Shown piece by piece: positions 40,541-51,607 of a stretch of DNA of 64,000 bases. The notes beneath the pieces are model-generated. The model ran no database searches. It was not told the origin of the DNA and saw only the letters and a program-made list of their open reading frames with translations. The translations under genes were made by a program, and so were the position numbers. The stretch's first letter is position 1, and every line of letters starts with the position of its first letter. The DNA comes from Caldithrix abyssi DSM 13497. Its GTDB lineage: Bacteria; Electryoneota; AABM5-125-24; Hatepunaeales; Hatepunaeaceae. The stretch covers positions 3,333-67,332 of the forward strand of contig CAMBDS010000011.1 in the NCBI GenBank assembly GCA_945865405.1, written 5' to 3'.

Positions 40541-41236
40541 CTATTTGAGGTTAATTTCTTGTAACGGCCATGTGACTCTGCATATTCTCTCGTCCGCCTG
40601 GTACGAAATCGAAGCATTCCCCTGTTCGACAACCTGGTGAACGACCCAACTATGATACTCATTCCCCTCATATTGGGAAGGAAATTCAGTGGCAACAGAA
40701 GCTAAGTTAATATTATTAATTGACATAAAAATATTTTGCGCATCAAAACTTAATGCAACATCAAAAACCGGCTTTGTGCCTATCTGTCGATTCTTGACCT
40801 CGTCCTCAAAAGCCATCAACAGCAGATGAATAGCCGCCTGAACAAAAAGATCACTTTTGGCGGTAGTCGGCGTAATACTCGGGTACTTCAAGACCGCTTG
40901 CAAACCGGCACGGCGATATATTCGGCTAATCAACAAAATCGCATTTTTCAATATCTCATTCGTATCGGGCGCGTTGCGGTCATTAAATACTGAGATTACT
41001 TTTGAAATCGCTTTGGCGAAATTTACTCCCTCATCACAAATCTGAATCACCTGATCCAGATCTTTCTGAAGGTTCGGCCCGCCGTTAGTAATCATCAGCA
41101 GGTCGATCTGACCGATAACGCCGCCAAGCACGTTGTTCATCACGTGGGTTAGCCCTGCCGAGAGTCTGCCAAGTATCGCCTGTCTGTCCGAGCTTAGCAA
41201 AAGCTCAATACCGGCAGGAGAGGGTATATTATTCAT
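40541..41236 (-). CDS. Histidine-kinase-like protein with H-box but degenerate ATPase domain
   Basis: ILGRLSAGLTHVMNNVL H-box; no N, G1 or G2 boxes; no sensor domain. Confidence 0.65.
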   Translation of the reverse strand: MNNIPSPAGIELLLSSDRQAILGRLSAGLTHVMNNVLGGVIGQIDLLMITNGGPNLQKDLDQVIQICDEGVNFAKAISKVISVFNDRNAPDTNEILKNAILLISRIYRRAGLQAVLKYPSITPTTAKSDLFVQAAIHLLLMAFEDEVKNRQIGTKPVFDVALSFDAQNIFMSINNINLASVATEFPSQYEGNEYHSWVVHQVVEQGNASISYQADERICRVTWPLQEINLK

Positions 41237-41421
41237 TTGAATTAATTGAAATTGTTATTATTAACCCTATCTGATCCATCCGAAAGTTGAAAAGTAAACG
41301 TCTTCTTAAAATGTGTAATCTATGAAAACTAAATCAAGGCAGACTACAGCATCGATAAAATAACATTATTCTCTTACGAAGCGAGACAATATTGTCACAT
41401 TTTTATTGAAAATCTGCAGGA

Positions 41422-42501
41422 TTAATGCTTGGAATTGACGCTCATAATTAACCCCAAAGTCCCAAAAAAGATGTTTCCAATCCACGCAGCCACAACAGGC
41501 GACAGCATCCCCGTGTGTCCCATCACCCTTCCAACCTGCGCAAAGCCAAAATAGACAAAGCAGATCAACAATGCCAACGCAAAAGCCATCGCTGCCCCGC
41601 CTCGCCTGCGCACAGCAGCAACAGGTGCACCAAATAGTACGATGATCATCGCCGCAATGGGTGATGCTAATTTTATCTCAAGATCGACTTCCCATTTACG
41701 AGGGTCACCGCCCGACTGTTTCATCCGTTCGATAAACTGTTCAAGCTCTCTGTAATTCATCTCATCGGGTGCGGTCTGAATTTTCGCAAATGCGTCCGGC
41801 TCGATCCCCTTTTTCGCAAATTCTATTTCCGAATCTCGACGGATTCGCATCCATCCGTCCGCTTCGAACCTGCTGGTTGTCACCCCTCCCAAGTGCCACT
41901 TACCATCCCTCCAGACCATTTTCTCGGCCTCTATTCGCTCTGTCACCCTCCCTGAGTCGGTCGTTATGATCTGAATGCCGTTTGCTTCTCCTGAAATAGC
42001 ATTAAATCGCTCTACGAAAAGCTGTTTACCGCCTTCAAGATGGAAATACAACCTCCCCAGATTAGCGCGAGTCTCCCTTGGCAATTTCTTAACGTCATAG
42101 CGTTCAATGTCAAACCGTTCGCGATTGGCAACCGGGACGACCGTTTCACCAAGGTAGAGTGCCCCAATCGAGCAAACCGCGGCAACCAGCAAAAGTAAGA
42201 TAGAAGCACGTCTGAAGGGGATCCCGGACGCATACATTGCCGTCATTTCGTTCGATTGAGTCAGCCCTCCAATCGTGAAAAGCGTCGCCAGTAATGTAGC
42301 AATAGGGAGAGTCAAATAGATGATGTGCGGTATGAAAAGGTAGTAATATCGTAAGATCGTTTTAGGTGGAACGTTGTTATCGAGGAAAGTGTCAAGGTTA
42401 TCGACGTTGTTGATAACAAGAAATATAACAACCGCCGCCAACAACGAGGAAATTAGATGAAAAACGTAACGTGAAACGATATATCGGTCGAGTATTTTCA
42501 C
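41422..42501 (-). CDS. lptG: LPS export ABC transporter permease LptG
   Basis: MKILDRYI, SNEMTAMYASGI, PDEMNYREL, AAWIGN. Confidence 0.85.
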   Translation of the reverse strand: MKILDRYIVSRYVFHLISSLLAAVVIFLVINNVDNLDTFLDNNVPPKTILRYYYLFIPHIIYLTLPIATLLATLFTIGGLTQSNEMTAMYASGIPFRRASILLLLVAAVCSIGALYLGETVVPVANRERFDIERYDVKKLPRETRANLGRLYFHLEGGKQLFVERFNAISGEANGIQIITTDSGRVTERIEAEKMVWRDGKWHLGGVTTSRFEADGWMRIRRDSEIEFAKKGIEPDAFAKIQTAPDEMNYRELEQFIERMKQSGGDPRKWEVDLEIKLASPIAAMIIVLFGAPVAAVRRRGGAAMAFALALLICFVYFGFAQVGRVMGHTGMLSPVVAAWIGNIFFGTLGLIMSVNSKH

Positions 42502-42504
42502 AAA

Positions 42505-43701
42505 TTAACCTTGAACTACCGGTTTCGATTTGCCGAACCATCTGCCAAACATTGCGCCAATCCATTTGATGCCAGGTAGCGAGCTGTGGTTGCGGGCGTA
42601 GATCCAAAGTGCCACACCTATTCCGAGAAAAACAGCGTTTGGCAACCACATCGCAACACCCGGAGAGAGAATCTCGCGGTCGGCGAGGATTTCGCCTTGC
42701 GTGATGAATACATAGTAAACAAGAAAAGCGAGCAGAGAGATTCCACTTGAGACGCCAATACCACCTTTATGCGCAAGGATACCAAGAGGCGCGCCGATTA
42801 GCACAAAAACGATACATGCCGCCGGAATCGAGAGTTTCTTATGGACCTCCACCATCAGCGCGGCGATGCGACGCTTATCATACGGATCGTTTTTTGCCTT
42901 TAGATCGGCAACCTGCATCAGCATCGCCTGTGCACTCAATTCACGATCACCTCGGAAGCTCGATTCACCGCGCTTCAATATCATCCCAGGAGCTGCAATC
43001 CGGAACAACGCCGTATCAAATTTCGTCCGCTCATATCCACCTGCTTCGCGATTGGAGGGTCTATGGATCTCGCCGAAATGAAGTTTTAGCTGAAAGAGTT
43101 CTGTGTTCGGGTTAAACTGGAGCCTCCCTTCACGGGCAGTGATGACAGCTCGTTCCTGGGGATTCCGTTCATCGTAGATGGTGACGTCGGTCAGTCCCCC
43201 GGTTGATTGATCGACTTCATGCGCAAGCAATGCATAGTTCGGAATCGAAAAATTGAATATCCCCGGTTCAATGCTGAAGGTCGGCTTTTTTCGAGTAATA
43301 TCGCCCCAAAGCAGTCGTGAGCGATGGTTCATATCGGGCAATACATTGTTATTAAACCAGGCAACGAAAAGAGTCACAACTAATCCTGCCCAAAGCGACG
43401 GAACCATCAGCCTCGTCGGAGTTATCCCAGCCGCCCTTAGAGCCGTTATTTCCCCGTCACCAGACATCCTGCCAAACGCAGAAAGTGTCGCCACAAGAAC
43501 CGCCATTGGAACTGCGAGCGCCAGAATCCAAGCCACGTTATTGAAGAAATACTCGATGATGATTGCTGTTGGTAGTCCCTTGCCGGTAATCTTCCCTAAA
43601 ACTTGGTAGACGAGGTTTAGCGAAAAGATAAAAATGATCAGCGAAAGGCCAAAAAAGAAAGGCCCCACCTGTTCGCGCAAAATGTAGCGAGTCAGAATCA
43701 A
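42505..43701 (-). CDS. lptF: LPS export ABC transporter permease LptF
   Basis: ILTRYILRE, DGEITALRAAGI, EVHKKLSIP, AMWLPN. Confidence 0.85.
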   Translation of the reverse strand: MILTRYILREQVGPFFFGLSLIIFIFSLNLVYQVLGKITGKGLPTAIIIEYFFNNVAWILALAVPMAVLVATLSAFGRMSGDGEITALRAAGITPTRLMVPSLWAGLVVTLFVAWFNNNVLPDMNHRSRLLWGDITRKKPTFSIEPGIFNFSIPNYALLAHEVDQSTGGLTDVTIYDERNPQERAVITAREGRLQFNPNTELFQLKLHFGEIHRPSNREAGGYERTKFDTALFRIAAPGMILKRGESSFRGDRELSAQAMLMQVADLKAKNDPYDKRRIAALMVEVHKKLSIPAACIVFVLIGAPLGILAHKGGIGVSSGISLLAFLVYYVFITQGEILADREILSPGVAMWLPNAVFLGIGVALWIYARNHSSLPGIKWIGAMFGRWFGKSKPVVQG

Positions 43702-43746
43702 TGCGCGACCATTAGGAAGGGTCGATATCCGATAATATCGGGGTAA

Positions 43747-44373
43747 TCAAAGTACACTATGGATCTCATTATAACGAATAACATTCAATTCCATTTCCAG
43801 ATAATCGACTTCCACATTGGAATCAATACGACGAAAATGGTGGCGAAGCGAATCAAGGCGCTCATCGTTCTCAAAATCGAGGTGACGTTGGTAGGAGTGA
43901 GGGTGCCAGAATTGTTTCGTCGTTTGCCAGCCGACCGAAGTATAACAACGAATTCCAGGATGATTAAATGCCGCTACTTCAAGTCGAATACTCTTCATCC
44001 CCCACTCTCCAAAGTATGTATTGCAAACACATTCAAGAGATTCCTTGCAATACCCACGGTTACGTTGGTTGGCAGAAAATTGAATTCCCATCCACGATTC
44101 ACCAGTCTCGAAATTGGTCTCATAAAGTCCAACGTATCCAACTAGATCTTCGCCATCAAAGATCGACAGCTTTATGTTGAATAAACGAAGTGACTGTAGG
44201 TATCGGTGGTCTTTACCGTGGGAGTCATCGCGAGGCGGGTTGTAATGGTGATAAATCAGGTCTTCGAAGTCAGGCCATTGATTCTCTGCATCGAGGTCTT
44301 CACGCCGAAAAGTACGGAGAGTCAGACGTTCGGAACAAAGTTCGACATCAAGGGGAAAATGGGCTATAGACAA
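43747..44373 (-). CDS. GNAT (RimJ/RimL-like) acetyltransferase
   Basis: SERLTLRTF, QRNRGYCKE, FNHPGIRCYTSVGW. Confidence 0.8.
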   Translation of the reverse strand: MSIAHFPLDVELCSERLTLRTFRREDLDAENQWPDFEDLIYHHYNPPRDDSHGKDHRYLQSLRLFNIKLSIFDGEDLVGYVGLYETNFETGESWMGIQFSANQRNRGYCKESLECVCNTYFGEWGMKSIRLEVAAFNHPGIRCYTSVGWQTTKQFWHPHSYQRHLDFENDERLDSLRHHFRRIDSNVEVDYLEMELNVIRYNEIHSVL

Positions 44374-44430
44374 CTATCGATCTCCAATAGCGCAACACAT
44401 CTACTCAGCAACAATTTATATTTCCAATAC

Positions 44431-45684
44431 TTAAAAATAATCATTACACATTGGCTTCGGAAGTGAAAATAATTTGCTGATAAAGGCGATATCCCCTTCA
44501 CCTTCCAGCTTCACGAGACCGAGGTGCTTCGCTTCCGGTAGTTTCAGTGCCCCCCACCAGATAGAGGACATTACGGCAACATCACATTTCCATAAAATTC
44601 CGCCAGAGGTAGCCTTCGGGAATGATGCCTTGCCTGCTTCGAAATCTACGGTCAAAGGCTCTTCATTGACGGGATTTAGATCATCCATCAGTTCGAATGT
44701 GATTCTCCCGGTTCCTGGGCCAAGCCGCGCTGCAGTAAGAGTTCGACGCAAATTGATTATTCTTCCCATCAAACCGGACCCAACCCAAGCAGTTTCCGAG
44801 CCGAAATCCCAATTGTTTTTACCCCCCGACATCATCGGATCGGTGACGATATGTTCGAACGGCAGGTCGGTCTGGTCGCAAACAATCACCGCCCGTGCCT
44901 GATCGCTTTGAGCCGCAAGAAAACCGATCAGTCCCCTCAGTGCCGCATCAGTGAGCCAGACGAAATCGTGTACCTTCACATCGACAGCCGTCAAATGCTC
45001 AGCATATGGAAGTGGTCGATACTGAAAGACGAGATACCCCTCCGTTTCACCTTTTGCGTTGCGATAAGCATAACAGAGTTGTGATTTGAAAATCCGCTCG
45101 AACCATACAGGTTCCTCCCGCACAAGAAGACCGTTCATCTCAGAAGAAAATCGTTCATAACATGACATCACCCCGGTCTGGTCTTCGTATGTGCGCACTG
45201 GCTCAACATTGACCCTTTCCGGGTGACCAGGAAGAGTCCCCGGTGGAAAGCGGAACAGGTTGGTCTTCCCGATCACCCCCCAGCCCAGCTTGTGGTAAAA
45301 GCCATGACTGAATGGATAGAGCGAAGATAATGGCACATTATTCTGTTCCATGATCTGCACTGCGCGCAACATCATCCAGTAGGCGATTCTTTGCCGGCGA
45401 GCCTCAGGTGCCACCGCAACCATGCCGATACCGCCAACAGGAATCGCCGTTCGACCTCGTTGCATTCTGAAATTGTATAGCGCAAACATACCAACAAGCC
45501 GCCCCTTCCGTTCGCAGACCCAATGGTCTTCGAGTCGAAGCCGTGGGTCGTTACGAAAGTAGGAGATTCGCTCCTCCATCGTCATCATGATGCTGGGGAA
45601 GCTGGCGTGGTGAATCCGTGCCATCTCCGGCAGGTCTCCGTCTCTCGCCCGTCTAACTTGTAATTCAGCTGGTGTGGTTGCCAT
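44431..45684 (-). CDS. Eis-family tandem GNAT acetyltransferase with SCP2-like C-terminus
   Basis: GIGMVAVAPEARRQRIA, LYPFSHGFYHKLGW, MGRIIN; start placed at MATTP. Confidence 0.88.
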   Translation of the reverse strand: MATTPAELQVRRARDGDLPEMARIHHASFPSIMMTMEERISYFRNDPRLRLEDHWVCERKGRLVGMFALYNFRMQRGRTAIPVGGIGMVAVAPEARRQRIAYWMMLRAVQIMEQNNVPLSSLYPFSHGFYHKLGWGVIGKTNLFRFPPGTLPGHPERVNVEPVRTYEDQTGVMSCYERFSSEMNGLLVREEPVWFERIFKSQLCYAYRNAKGETEGYLVFQYRPLPYAEHLTAVDVKVHDFVWLTDAALRGLIGFLAAQSDQARAVIVCDQTDLPFEHIVTDPMMSGGKNNWDFGSETAWVGSGLMGRIINLRRTLTAARLGPGTGRITFELMDDLNPVNEEPLTVDFEAGKASFPKATSGGILWKCDVAVMSSIWWGALKLPEAKHLGLVKLEGEGDIAFISKLFSLPKPMCNDYF

Positions 45685-45737
45685 TCGCCCTAAATCAATT
45701 ATCCCTTGTAGTTCGGCTCTCAAGCCGAACCAACCTA

Positions 45738-45974
45738 CTAAAAATCGGCAGTCACAACTTCTGTCACGCCGGGAACCATCTCTTTCAGCCAACGCTCAAC
45801 GCCCATTTTAACGTGCTGAACTGACATACCGCAACCGTGACATGCTCCGGTTAAGGCAACCTCGACAACCCCGTCATCTGTGATATTCAGGAGACGTATG
45901 TCGCCTCCGTCCATCATGAACGAAGGGCGAATCTGCTCCAGTGCAATTTCAATCGAACGTCTATCTATTTCCAA
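45738..45974 (-). CDS. NifU/Nfu family Fe-S cluster carrier
   Basis: IRPSFMMDGGDI, LTGACHGC. Confidence 0.9.
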   Translation of the reverse strand: MEIDRRSIEIALEQIRPSFMMDGGDIRLLNITDDGVVEVALTGACHGCGMSVQHVKMGVERWLKEMVPGVTEVVTADF

Positions 45975-46035
45975 TTTGATCTTTCTGATTTACCCGCTGG
46001 ACCATCCGGCAGGACTATGATGTGATACGCAAAAT

Positions 46036-46989
46036 TCAATTCTTAATAATCTCCGAACGCTGAGTATTTCCGCTTGCTGCCAATAGTACCCCTCCCAACA
46101 CTCCTGACGCGCCGAGAACTGTCACAACTGTGATTGGTTCATCAAGCATCGCAGCTCCGATCCCCAGTGCAAACAACGGAACCAAATATATGAAAGCTCC
46201 GGCTCGTGAAACCGTCCACTTATCCAACGCCCAAAACCAGACAACGAACGAAAACACAGTGCAACCAACAGAGAGAAACATCAGCGCCCAGAAAAGTTCA
46301 CTCCCTCCAGCCACCAACTTTTCTATTACACCGGGGTTGTATGCTGGAAGGCTCATGACGGCTCCCAGAGTCATTAGCCAGCCGAGATTTTCAAGTGGAT
46401 CCCTTCCGCGCATCAACTTTTTTGAAATCGTCGTAAATCCACCCCAGCTTAGCACCGCTCCAAATGTGATCAATACGCCGAAAATCTTCTGAATTGTCGT
46501 CGCCGAAAGCCCGGATTCTGTCGGCGCATCCTGTCCAAGAGTAATAATCAGGAGTCCCGCAAACGCAACAGCTATTCCGCCCCACCTTCTGAGCGAGACC
46601 TTTTCATGTAGTATCAGTGCCGCAAAGACCACAATGAACGCCGGATTGAGCGAAATAACGAGGCTCGCCCAACCAGCCGGGATCAACGTCTCGCCGTAAT
46701 TCAAACACCCGTGATAACCCGGCACTGCAAGGAACGAAGCGACAACTGCCAGTACTTTTTCTTTTCGGTCAAGCCCTCTCCAGAACGATAGCCCACCCCT
46801 GCCGGTCCTTTTCCCCGCCCAAAGCCCTATCGGAAGCAACAACAACGCCGACGGGACAAACCTCGCCATCACCAATTCGAGAGGCGTCAGATACCTCAGC
46901 CCAATTTTGATCGCTATGAACGACCCGCCCCAAAGGAACATCACAAAAATCAAAGAACCGACGATCAGTGAGGGCGGCGTCGATCTCAA
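46036..46989 (-). CDS. EamA/DMT family transporter
   Basis: LWGGSFIAIK, ten TM segments, LHEKV, LDEPIT. Confidence 0.9.
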   Translation of the reverse strand: MRSTPPSLIVGSLIFVMFLWGGSFIAIKIGLRYLTPLELVMARFVPSALLLLPIGLWAGKRTGRGGLSFWRGLDRKEKVLAVVASFLAVPGYHGCLNYGETLIPAGWASLVISLNPAFIVVFAALILHEKVSLRRWGGIAVAFAGLLIITLGQDAPTESGLSATTIQKIFGVLITFGAVLSWGGFTTISKKLMRGRDPLENLGWLMTLGAVMSLPAYNPGVIEKLVAGGSELFWALMFLSVGCTVFSFVVWFWALDKWTVSRAGAFIYLVPLFALGIGAAMLDEPITVVTVLGASGVLGGVLLAASGNTQRSEIIKN

Positions 46990-47667
46990 TTAATGCTCGA
47001 CTTCCGTGATCCCCGGAACGGTCCAAAGTGCCGCCATCAACGGTCGAATATCGGCAGGTTCCTGCGACGCGGTAATTGTCACTTTCACTCCCATCGGAGC
47101 CGGCTCCAGCCGGAACGAATCAGCGCGGACACCTGCCCGTTCAAGAGCAACTTCGATCTGCTTTCGCAAATCGGCACTATCTTCTCTTGCCGACAATTTC
47201 AGTAGCAACGGCCTGTCAGCCTGCGACATACGTGAATCGAGTGCATGAAGCAGAGTCAACGTCAACAAAATCAACCCCGTCACCAGCAGCCCAAGCAACA
47301 GATACCCCGATCCAACGATCAGCCCTATCCCGGTCGCTACGAATATCCTCGTCGCTGTCGTCAGTGATGCATTGTCGTGCCTCCGCAGAATTGTGGCACT
47401 CGCCGCTAACATTCCAGCCGCAACGATCACCCACCCCGCAAGCCTTCCAGGATCGGTCACAGCCCCCTCACCTGCACCAAGATCAATCAGTTCCCCTACC
47501 ATCATAAAGATCGTAGCACTGAGGCAGATAAGGATCATATCTCGAAGTCCAACCGACCTCTTGACCCCGCTCCGTTCCATACCAAGAAGAGCACCGCACA
47601 GTATAGCTGTAAACAGTTCCATAAAAAAACGAGGGAGAAGTATCCCAAGGTAATTCATATTGTCCAT
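46990..47667 (-). CDS. MgtC/SapB family protein
   Basis: GALLGMER...VGLRD, DPGRLA, LTTAT, ACT-like C-terminus. Confidence 0.85.
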   Translation of the reverse strand: MDNMNYLGILLPRFFMELFTAILCGALLGMERSGVKRSVGLRDMILICLSATIFMMVGELIDLGAGEGAVTDPGRLAGWVIVAAGMLAASATILRRHDNASLTTATRIFVATGIGLIVGSGYLLLGLLVTGLILLTLTLLHALDSRMSQADRPLLLKLSAREDSADLRKQIEVALERAGVRADSFRLEPAPMGVKVTITASQEPADIRPLMAALWTVPGITEVEH

Positions 47668-48458
47668 CAATCCTCCAGATTGTTGCTATTCATAAGGCTT
47701 CCGCTCTTTCCCAATCCAAGACATCGACGCAACCCTATTTTGGTCATTCGATAAATCCTGATAAAGTCATGTCCCCATTTTGCCATCGTGAAAAGAATAC
47801 CTAAATGTTCACGTCCGTATAATTCCGGTGCTTCCGGCATGTCGTGCTCCATCAGCATCACGTCATACGCCTTTAGGTAATTCCCTTTCGACTTCATTGC
47901 ACGAACAGGGTCAATTGTTGCCAATCCATCGGTCGTTTTCAGGAAATTAGCCGGGTGTGGATCACGATGAACCCAATCTGCCTCGTGCATTTTATGTACA
48001 AAATTGACGATTTGATTGGCGTCAGACACAGTCGCCGCTTTTCCCTCCAGATACGGATAGACCAGCACGCTCTCCACCGCCATCCCCCACCTTCGCCTCT
48101 GCATCAGCAACACCGGCTGAGGCGTCAGAAGCCCCGCCTCATTCAATCCAATTGCATTGGCGCAGGCTATCTGACCAATAGTCGGAAAGGCGACAGAGGT
48201 CAGCTTGAACCACCACCAGGTCTTCTGCAAAATGAACTCTTTGATGACAAATCGACTGCCTTCCAACTCAATCAGCGACACTTTGCTTCGATGATCCTCT
48301 TTCAGTACCATCATTGGAATCGAGATTGCCTCTCTGACCAACTCTATCTTCAGTTGCCACTGAACCACTGGATTATTTTCACTTCCGTAAGCGACATACT
48401 CCCACCCCGACGATTTCCACTCACACCTCCCCGTCGATTCGGGCAGCACACTCGTCAC
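47667..48458 (-). CDS. Lipopolysaccharide kinase (WaaY/Kdo kinase-like)
   Basis: FVIKEF lysine, HRDPHPANF catalytic loop, TID. Confidence 0.75.
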   Translation of the reverse strand: MTSVLPESTGRCEWKSSGWEYVAYGSENNPVVQWQLKIELVREAISIPMMVLKEDHRSKVSLIELEGSRFVIKEFILQKTWWWFKLTSVAFPTIGQIACANAIGLNEAGLLTPQPVLLMQRRRWGMAVESVLVYPYLEGKAATVSDANQIVNFVHKMHEADWVHRDPHPANFLKTTDGLATIDPVRAMKSKGNYLKAYDVMLMEHDMPEAPELYGREHLGILFTMAKWGHDFIRIYRMTKIGLRRCLGLGKSGSLMNSNNLED

Positions 48459-48865
48459 TCGCCCATCACCTTCAAAATGACACGCTTGGGCCTCTTTCCG
48501 TCGAACTCAGCGTAATAGACCTGTTGCCAAGGCCCAAGGTCAAGATCACCTTTTGTAATCGGTAAAATGACCTCATGTCCAATCAGCAAATTCTTCAAAT
48601 GAGCATCTCCATTGGTTTCGCCAGTCCGGTGATGGCGGTAGTTCGCTTCCGGCGCGAGTCTTTCCAGCCACTCGTCGATATCGGCGATCAACCCACTCTC
48701 GGCATCGTTGACATAAACTCCCGCCGTAATGTGCATCGCCGACACCAACACCATCCCTTCGGCAATGCCCGACTCCAGAACCGCATCCCTGACCCAATCG
48801 GTTATAAGGATGTATTCTCGTTGCTTTGACGTATTGAACGTCCTATAACGGGTCAGACTCTTCAC
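48455..48865 (-). CDS. yjbQ: YjbQ (UPF0047) family protein
   Basis: [34 protein letters not shown]; GTG start at 48865. Confidence 0.9.
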   Translation of the reverse strand: MKSLTRYRTFNTSKQREYILITDWVRDAVLESGIAEGMVLVSAMHITAGVYVNDAESGLIADIDEWLERLAPEANYRHHRTGETNGDAHLKNLLIGHEVILPITKGDLDLGPWQQVYYAEFDGKRPKRVILKVMGE

Positions 48866-49610
48866 CGGAAGCCTCCACAAAAAGCATCGCCTGCCCATCA
48901 GAAGGCTCAACCTGTCGCCTCACCAGTGCGAGAAAATAATCGCTATCGGTCAGATCGGTCAGAATTGCTGTTGGTCTATGAGGAATGAGATCAACGCGCT
49001 TGTATGTCCCCGTGCAAACAGCGACCGTCTCAGCCGCGATCCGCTTCCCGGACGTAATGTCGTTGGGAGTATCGCCAATCACCCAGTATGAACCGACTGG
49101 AAACGGCTGATCGTAGTGCCTTCGCGCCTTTTCCAAGCCCATTTTCAGCAACGTCGCTCTGTCAGATGAGTCCGACCCAAATCCCCCGACTGGAAAATGG
49201 TGGTCGAAGTTATGGCGGCGCAGTTTCATTCTTGCAGTCAGTTCGATGTTGCCCGTCCCAAGAGCAATGCAGATATCCGGCTCGGTAATCAGTCGTTCGA
49301 TCAACGCCCGCACACCGTTATGCAATCTCGGTCTGTCGCTCTGGAACAGTATCTCCTCAAGATGAGTCACGTACAGTTTCGAGAATCGGTCGAATTCCTG
49401 TTGGAGGTCCTCTATTGGCAGATTGTTGTTAGCAACCATCAACTGAAATATGTTGAGGTCGGTCTGTCCCCACGCGGCGATTCCCTTGGTCGTTCGCTCG
49501 ACTCCATAGAGTTCCATGGCTGCTCTTTCAAGAGCAATCCGCGTCACCCCGCCCGAATCGGCGAGAGTCCCGTCGATATCGAATATCAGCAGGATTGGGT
49601 TCTTTACCAC
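48843..49610 (-). CDS. HAD family hydrolase
   Basis: FDIDGTL, GTGN, IGDTPND. Confidence 0.9.
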   Translation of the reverse strand: MVKNPILLIFDIDGTLADSGGVTRIALERAAMELYGVERTTKGIAAWGQTDLNIFQLMVANNNLPIEDLQQEFDRFSKLYVTHLEEILFQSDRPRLHNGVRALIERLITEPDICIALGTGNIELTARMKLRRHNFDHHFPVGGFGSDSSDRATLLKMGLEKARRHYDQPFPVGSYWVIGDTPNDITSGKRIAAETVAVCTGTYKRVDLIPHRPTAILTDLTDSDYFLALVRRQVEPSDGQAMLFVEASGEESDPL

Positions 49611-49894
49611 CAGGTCGATTCCACGGTCTTGAACTCTCCAGTCGGTTCACCATCTTCATGCCACTTGATGTGAACTTTCTCGATGATGCTGTACCCGTTT
49701 CCCGCCTTAACTCGCTCAATAAATTTTTCGAGGATAGCCCGCGTGCCGATACCAATCGCCTTCACATCTCCATCGGCAAGATTTTCGACGATTCCATCGA
49801 CACCTAACTCTCGCGCCTCCTCACAAACAAATGCGCGAAACCCTATGCCCTGAACATGACCTTGTATAACGATATGTACAGAAACTATTTCCAA
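49604..49894 (-). CDS. acyP: Acylphosphatase
   Basis: GHVQGIGFR, VENLADGDV. Confidence 0.9.
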   Translation of the reverse strand: MEIVSVHIVIQGHVQGIGFRAFVCEEARELGVDGIVENLADGDVKAIGIGTRAILEKFIERVKAGNGYSIIEKVHIKWHEDGEPTGEFKTVESTWW

Positions 49895-49937
49895 TTCGCG
49901 ATTCTCCCTCTACCGCGACAGCGGATTGTAACTAAAC

Positions 49938-50150
49938 TTACCACTTTTCAGTACTTTTAATCAACCGGAACGATTTCGCCTCCGGAACAATCGGAGTAGG
50001 ATATTTTCGCGCCAGATATCCGGCAAAATAGGCAATAATGACTGCATACATGGCCTTGTTCTCCCAGATCGGAATCTGATGCTGTCCTGCCGTAGCAAGA
50101 CCCATAGCCAGTCCGATAAGGAGTCCCCCTAACAGTCGATATCGAAACAT
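49938..50150 (-). CDS. Small hypothetical membrane protein
   Basis: SD GGAGG, two TM segments, fits the intergenic gap. Confidence 0.6.
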   Translation of the reverse strand: MFRYRLLGGLLIGLAMGLATAGQHQIPIWENKAMYAVIIAYFAGYLARKYPTPIVPEAKSFRLIKSTEKW

Positions 50151-50182
50151 GTTGCCTCCAATAATTTATCCAAAACCTGAAA

Positions 50183-51607
50183 TCACTTTTCGATGTTCAG
50201 ATCAATCGTCGAAACGGTTCCGAAATCTTCCAACGGCCTATCCATTTTCTCACGGTTGCCGACCACCACCACTACCATCTGATCGGGGTGAATCAGCTCC
50301 TTTGCAGCTTTGAGTACCTCTTCGTAAGTCAGCTTCTGATAAGCCGCCAGATCCCTTTGCGGCGTATCAAGCGGAAGGCCGAGACACTTATGATAGACTG
50401 TCTGTGCCAGCACATCACCGGAAGATTCCGTGCGCCAGACGAAGCTGTTCACGTATGCATCCTTGGCTTGCTGAAACTCATCTTTGGAAGGGCCATCCTT
50501 AATGAAACTGGCAATCGTTTCGTTCAATATCGCCATCGTTCGACCTGACTGATCGAGCCTCGTCGAGGTCGAACCACGAAACGATCCTTCGACACCGTAA
50601 GCCGCGTCTATCGACGTTCCAACGCCATAGCTAAGCCCCGCATCGACGCGGATTTTTTTCATCAGGATCGATTGAAAGCCGCCACCGCCGAGCAGGTAAT
50701 TCATAATCTCTGCGGCATATCTTCGAGGATCTTCGTAGCGAATAGAACGGTGGCCTATCGAAATGAACGCTTGATTGATATCCTTATAAGCGTAATAGAC
50801 GCCTGGTTTTGGGGCAGGTCCTGCTTGCGGAAGCTTGACGACCGGCTTCTCGCCTCTCTTCATCGATCCGAATTCCTTCTCGGTCAACTTCTTAGCGTCG
50901 GCGGCTTTGATATCACCGGAAAATCCTATCACCGCTCCATCCGACCTGACGAACGACTTGTGGTAAGCCAACAGGTCATCCCTGGTGATCGAGTTTATCG
51001 TCGAAGTTGTCGGGTCCATTCCCCACGGGTGATTGGCATACATGATGGAGAAAAGCTCGCGGCGGGCGATGCCTCGCGGCTCATCGTTTCGTCGCCGAAT
51101 CCCTTCCAGTGACGAAGTTCTTCGCAGATCGATTTTCTCTTCCGGGTATGCTGGGTTGTTCAGCAGGTCGCTGGTCAGTGAGAGGAAAAGCGGCAAGTCA
51201 TCGGTAAGGCAATTGCCCCAGATACTGACATATTCGTCACCACCGTTAATGCCAATGTTCCCCGCCTTAAACTCGACCAGTTCGTTCAACGAATCTGCTG
51301 TAACACGTGTACTTCCACCGTTGCGTAAAACCCAGGCCGCAAAATCAGCGAGCCCAATCTTATCTTTCGAATTGGGAGAAGCTGGCAACTGGAGGTAGAA
51401 ATTGACCATCGGGACTTCGTGATCCTCAACGACTACTCCAGCAAGTCCATTGGCAATCGTAAACTCATCGAAGTGCGGCGCTTTCCATTCGATTGGCGGA
51501 ACAGGCACGTCTTCGTAAGTCTTGTAGCTTTTCGCTTCAAGCGATCCCGCAAGAATTATCGAAGAGACGGGCAGAAGGAGCTTTAAGCTTTTAGCATAGG
51601 TTTTCAC
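50183..51607 (-). CDS. M16B peptidase, non-catalytic subunit
   Basis: M16 fold without HxxEH; LGGGGFQS..IRVDAGLSY. Confidence 0.88.
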   Translation of the reverse strand: MKTYAKSLKLLLPVSSIILAGSLEAKSYKTYEDVPVPPIEWKAPHFDEFTIANGLAGVVVEDHEVPMVNFYLQLPASPNSKDKIGLADFAAWVLRNGGSTRVTADSLNELVEFKAGNIGINGGDEYVSIWGNCLTDDLPLFLSLTSDLLNNPAYPEEKIDLRRTSSLEGIRRRNDEPRGIARRELFSIMYANHPWGMDPTTSTINSITRDDLLAYHKSFVRSDGAVIGFSGDIKAADAKKLTEKEFGSMKRGEKPVVKLPQAGPAPKPGVYYAYKDINQAFISIGHRSIRYEDPRRYAAEIMNYLLGGGGFQSILMKKIRVDAGLSYGVGTSIDAAYGVEGSFRGSTSTRLDQSGRTMAILNETIASFIKDGPSKDEFQQAKDAYVNSFVWRTESSGDVLAQTVYHKCLGLPLDTPQRDLAAYQKLTYEEVLKAAKELIHPDQMVVVVVGNREKMDRPLEDFGTVSTIDLNIEK

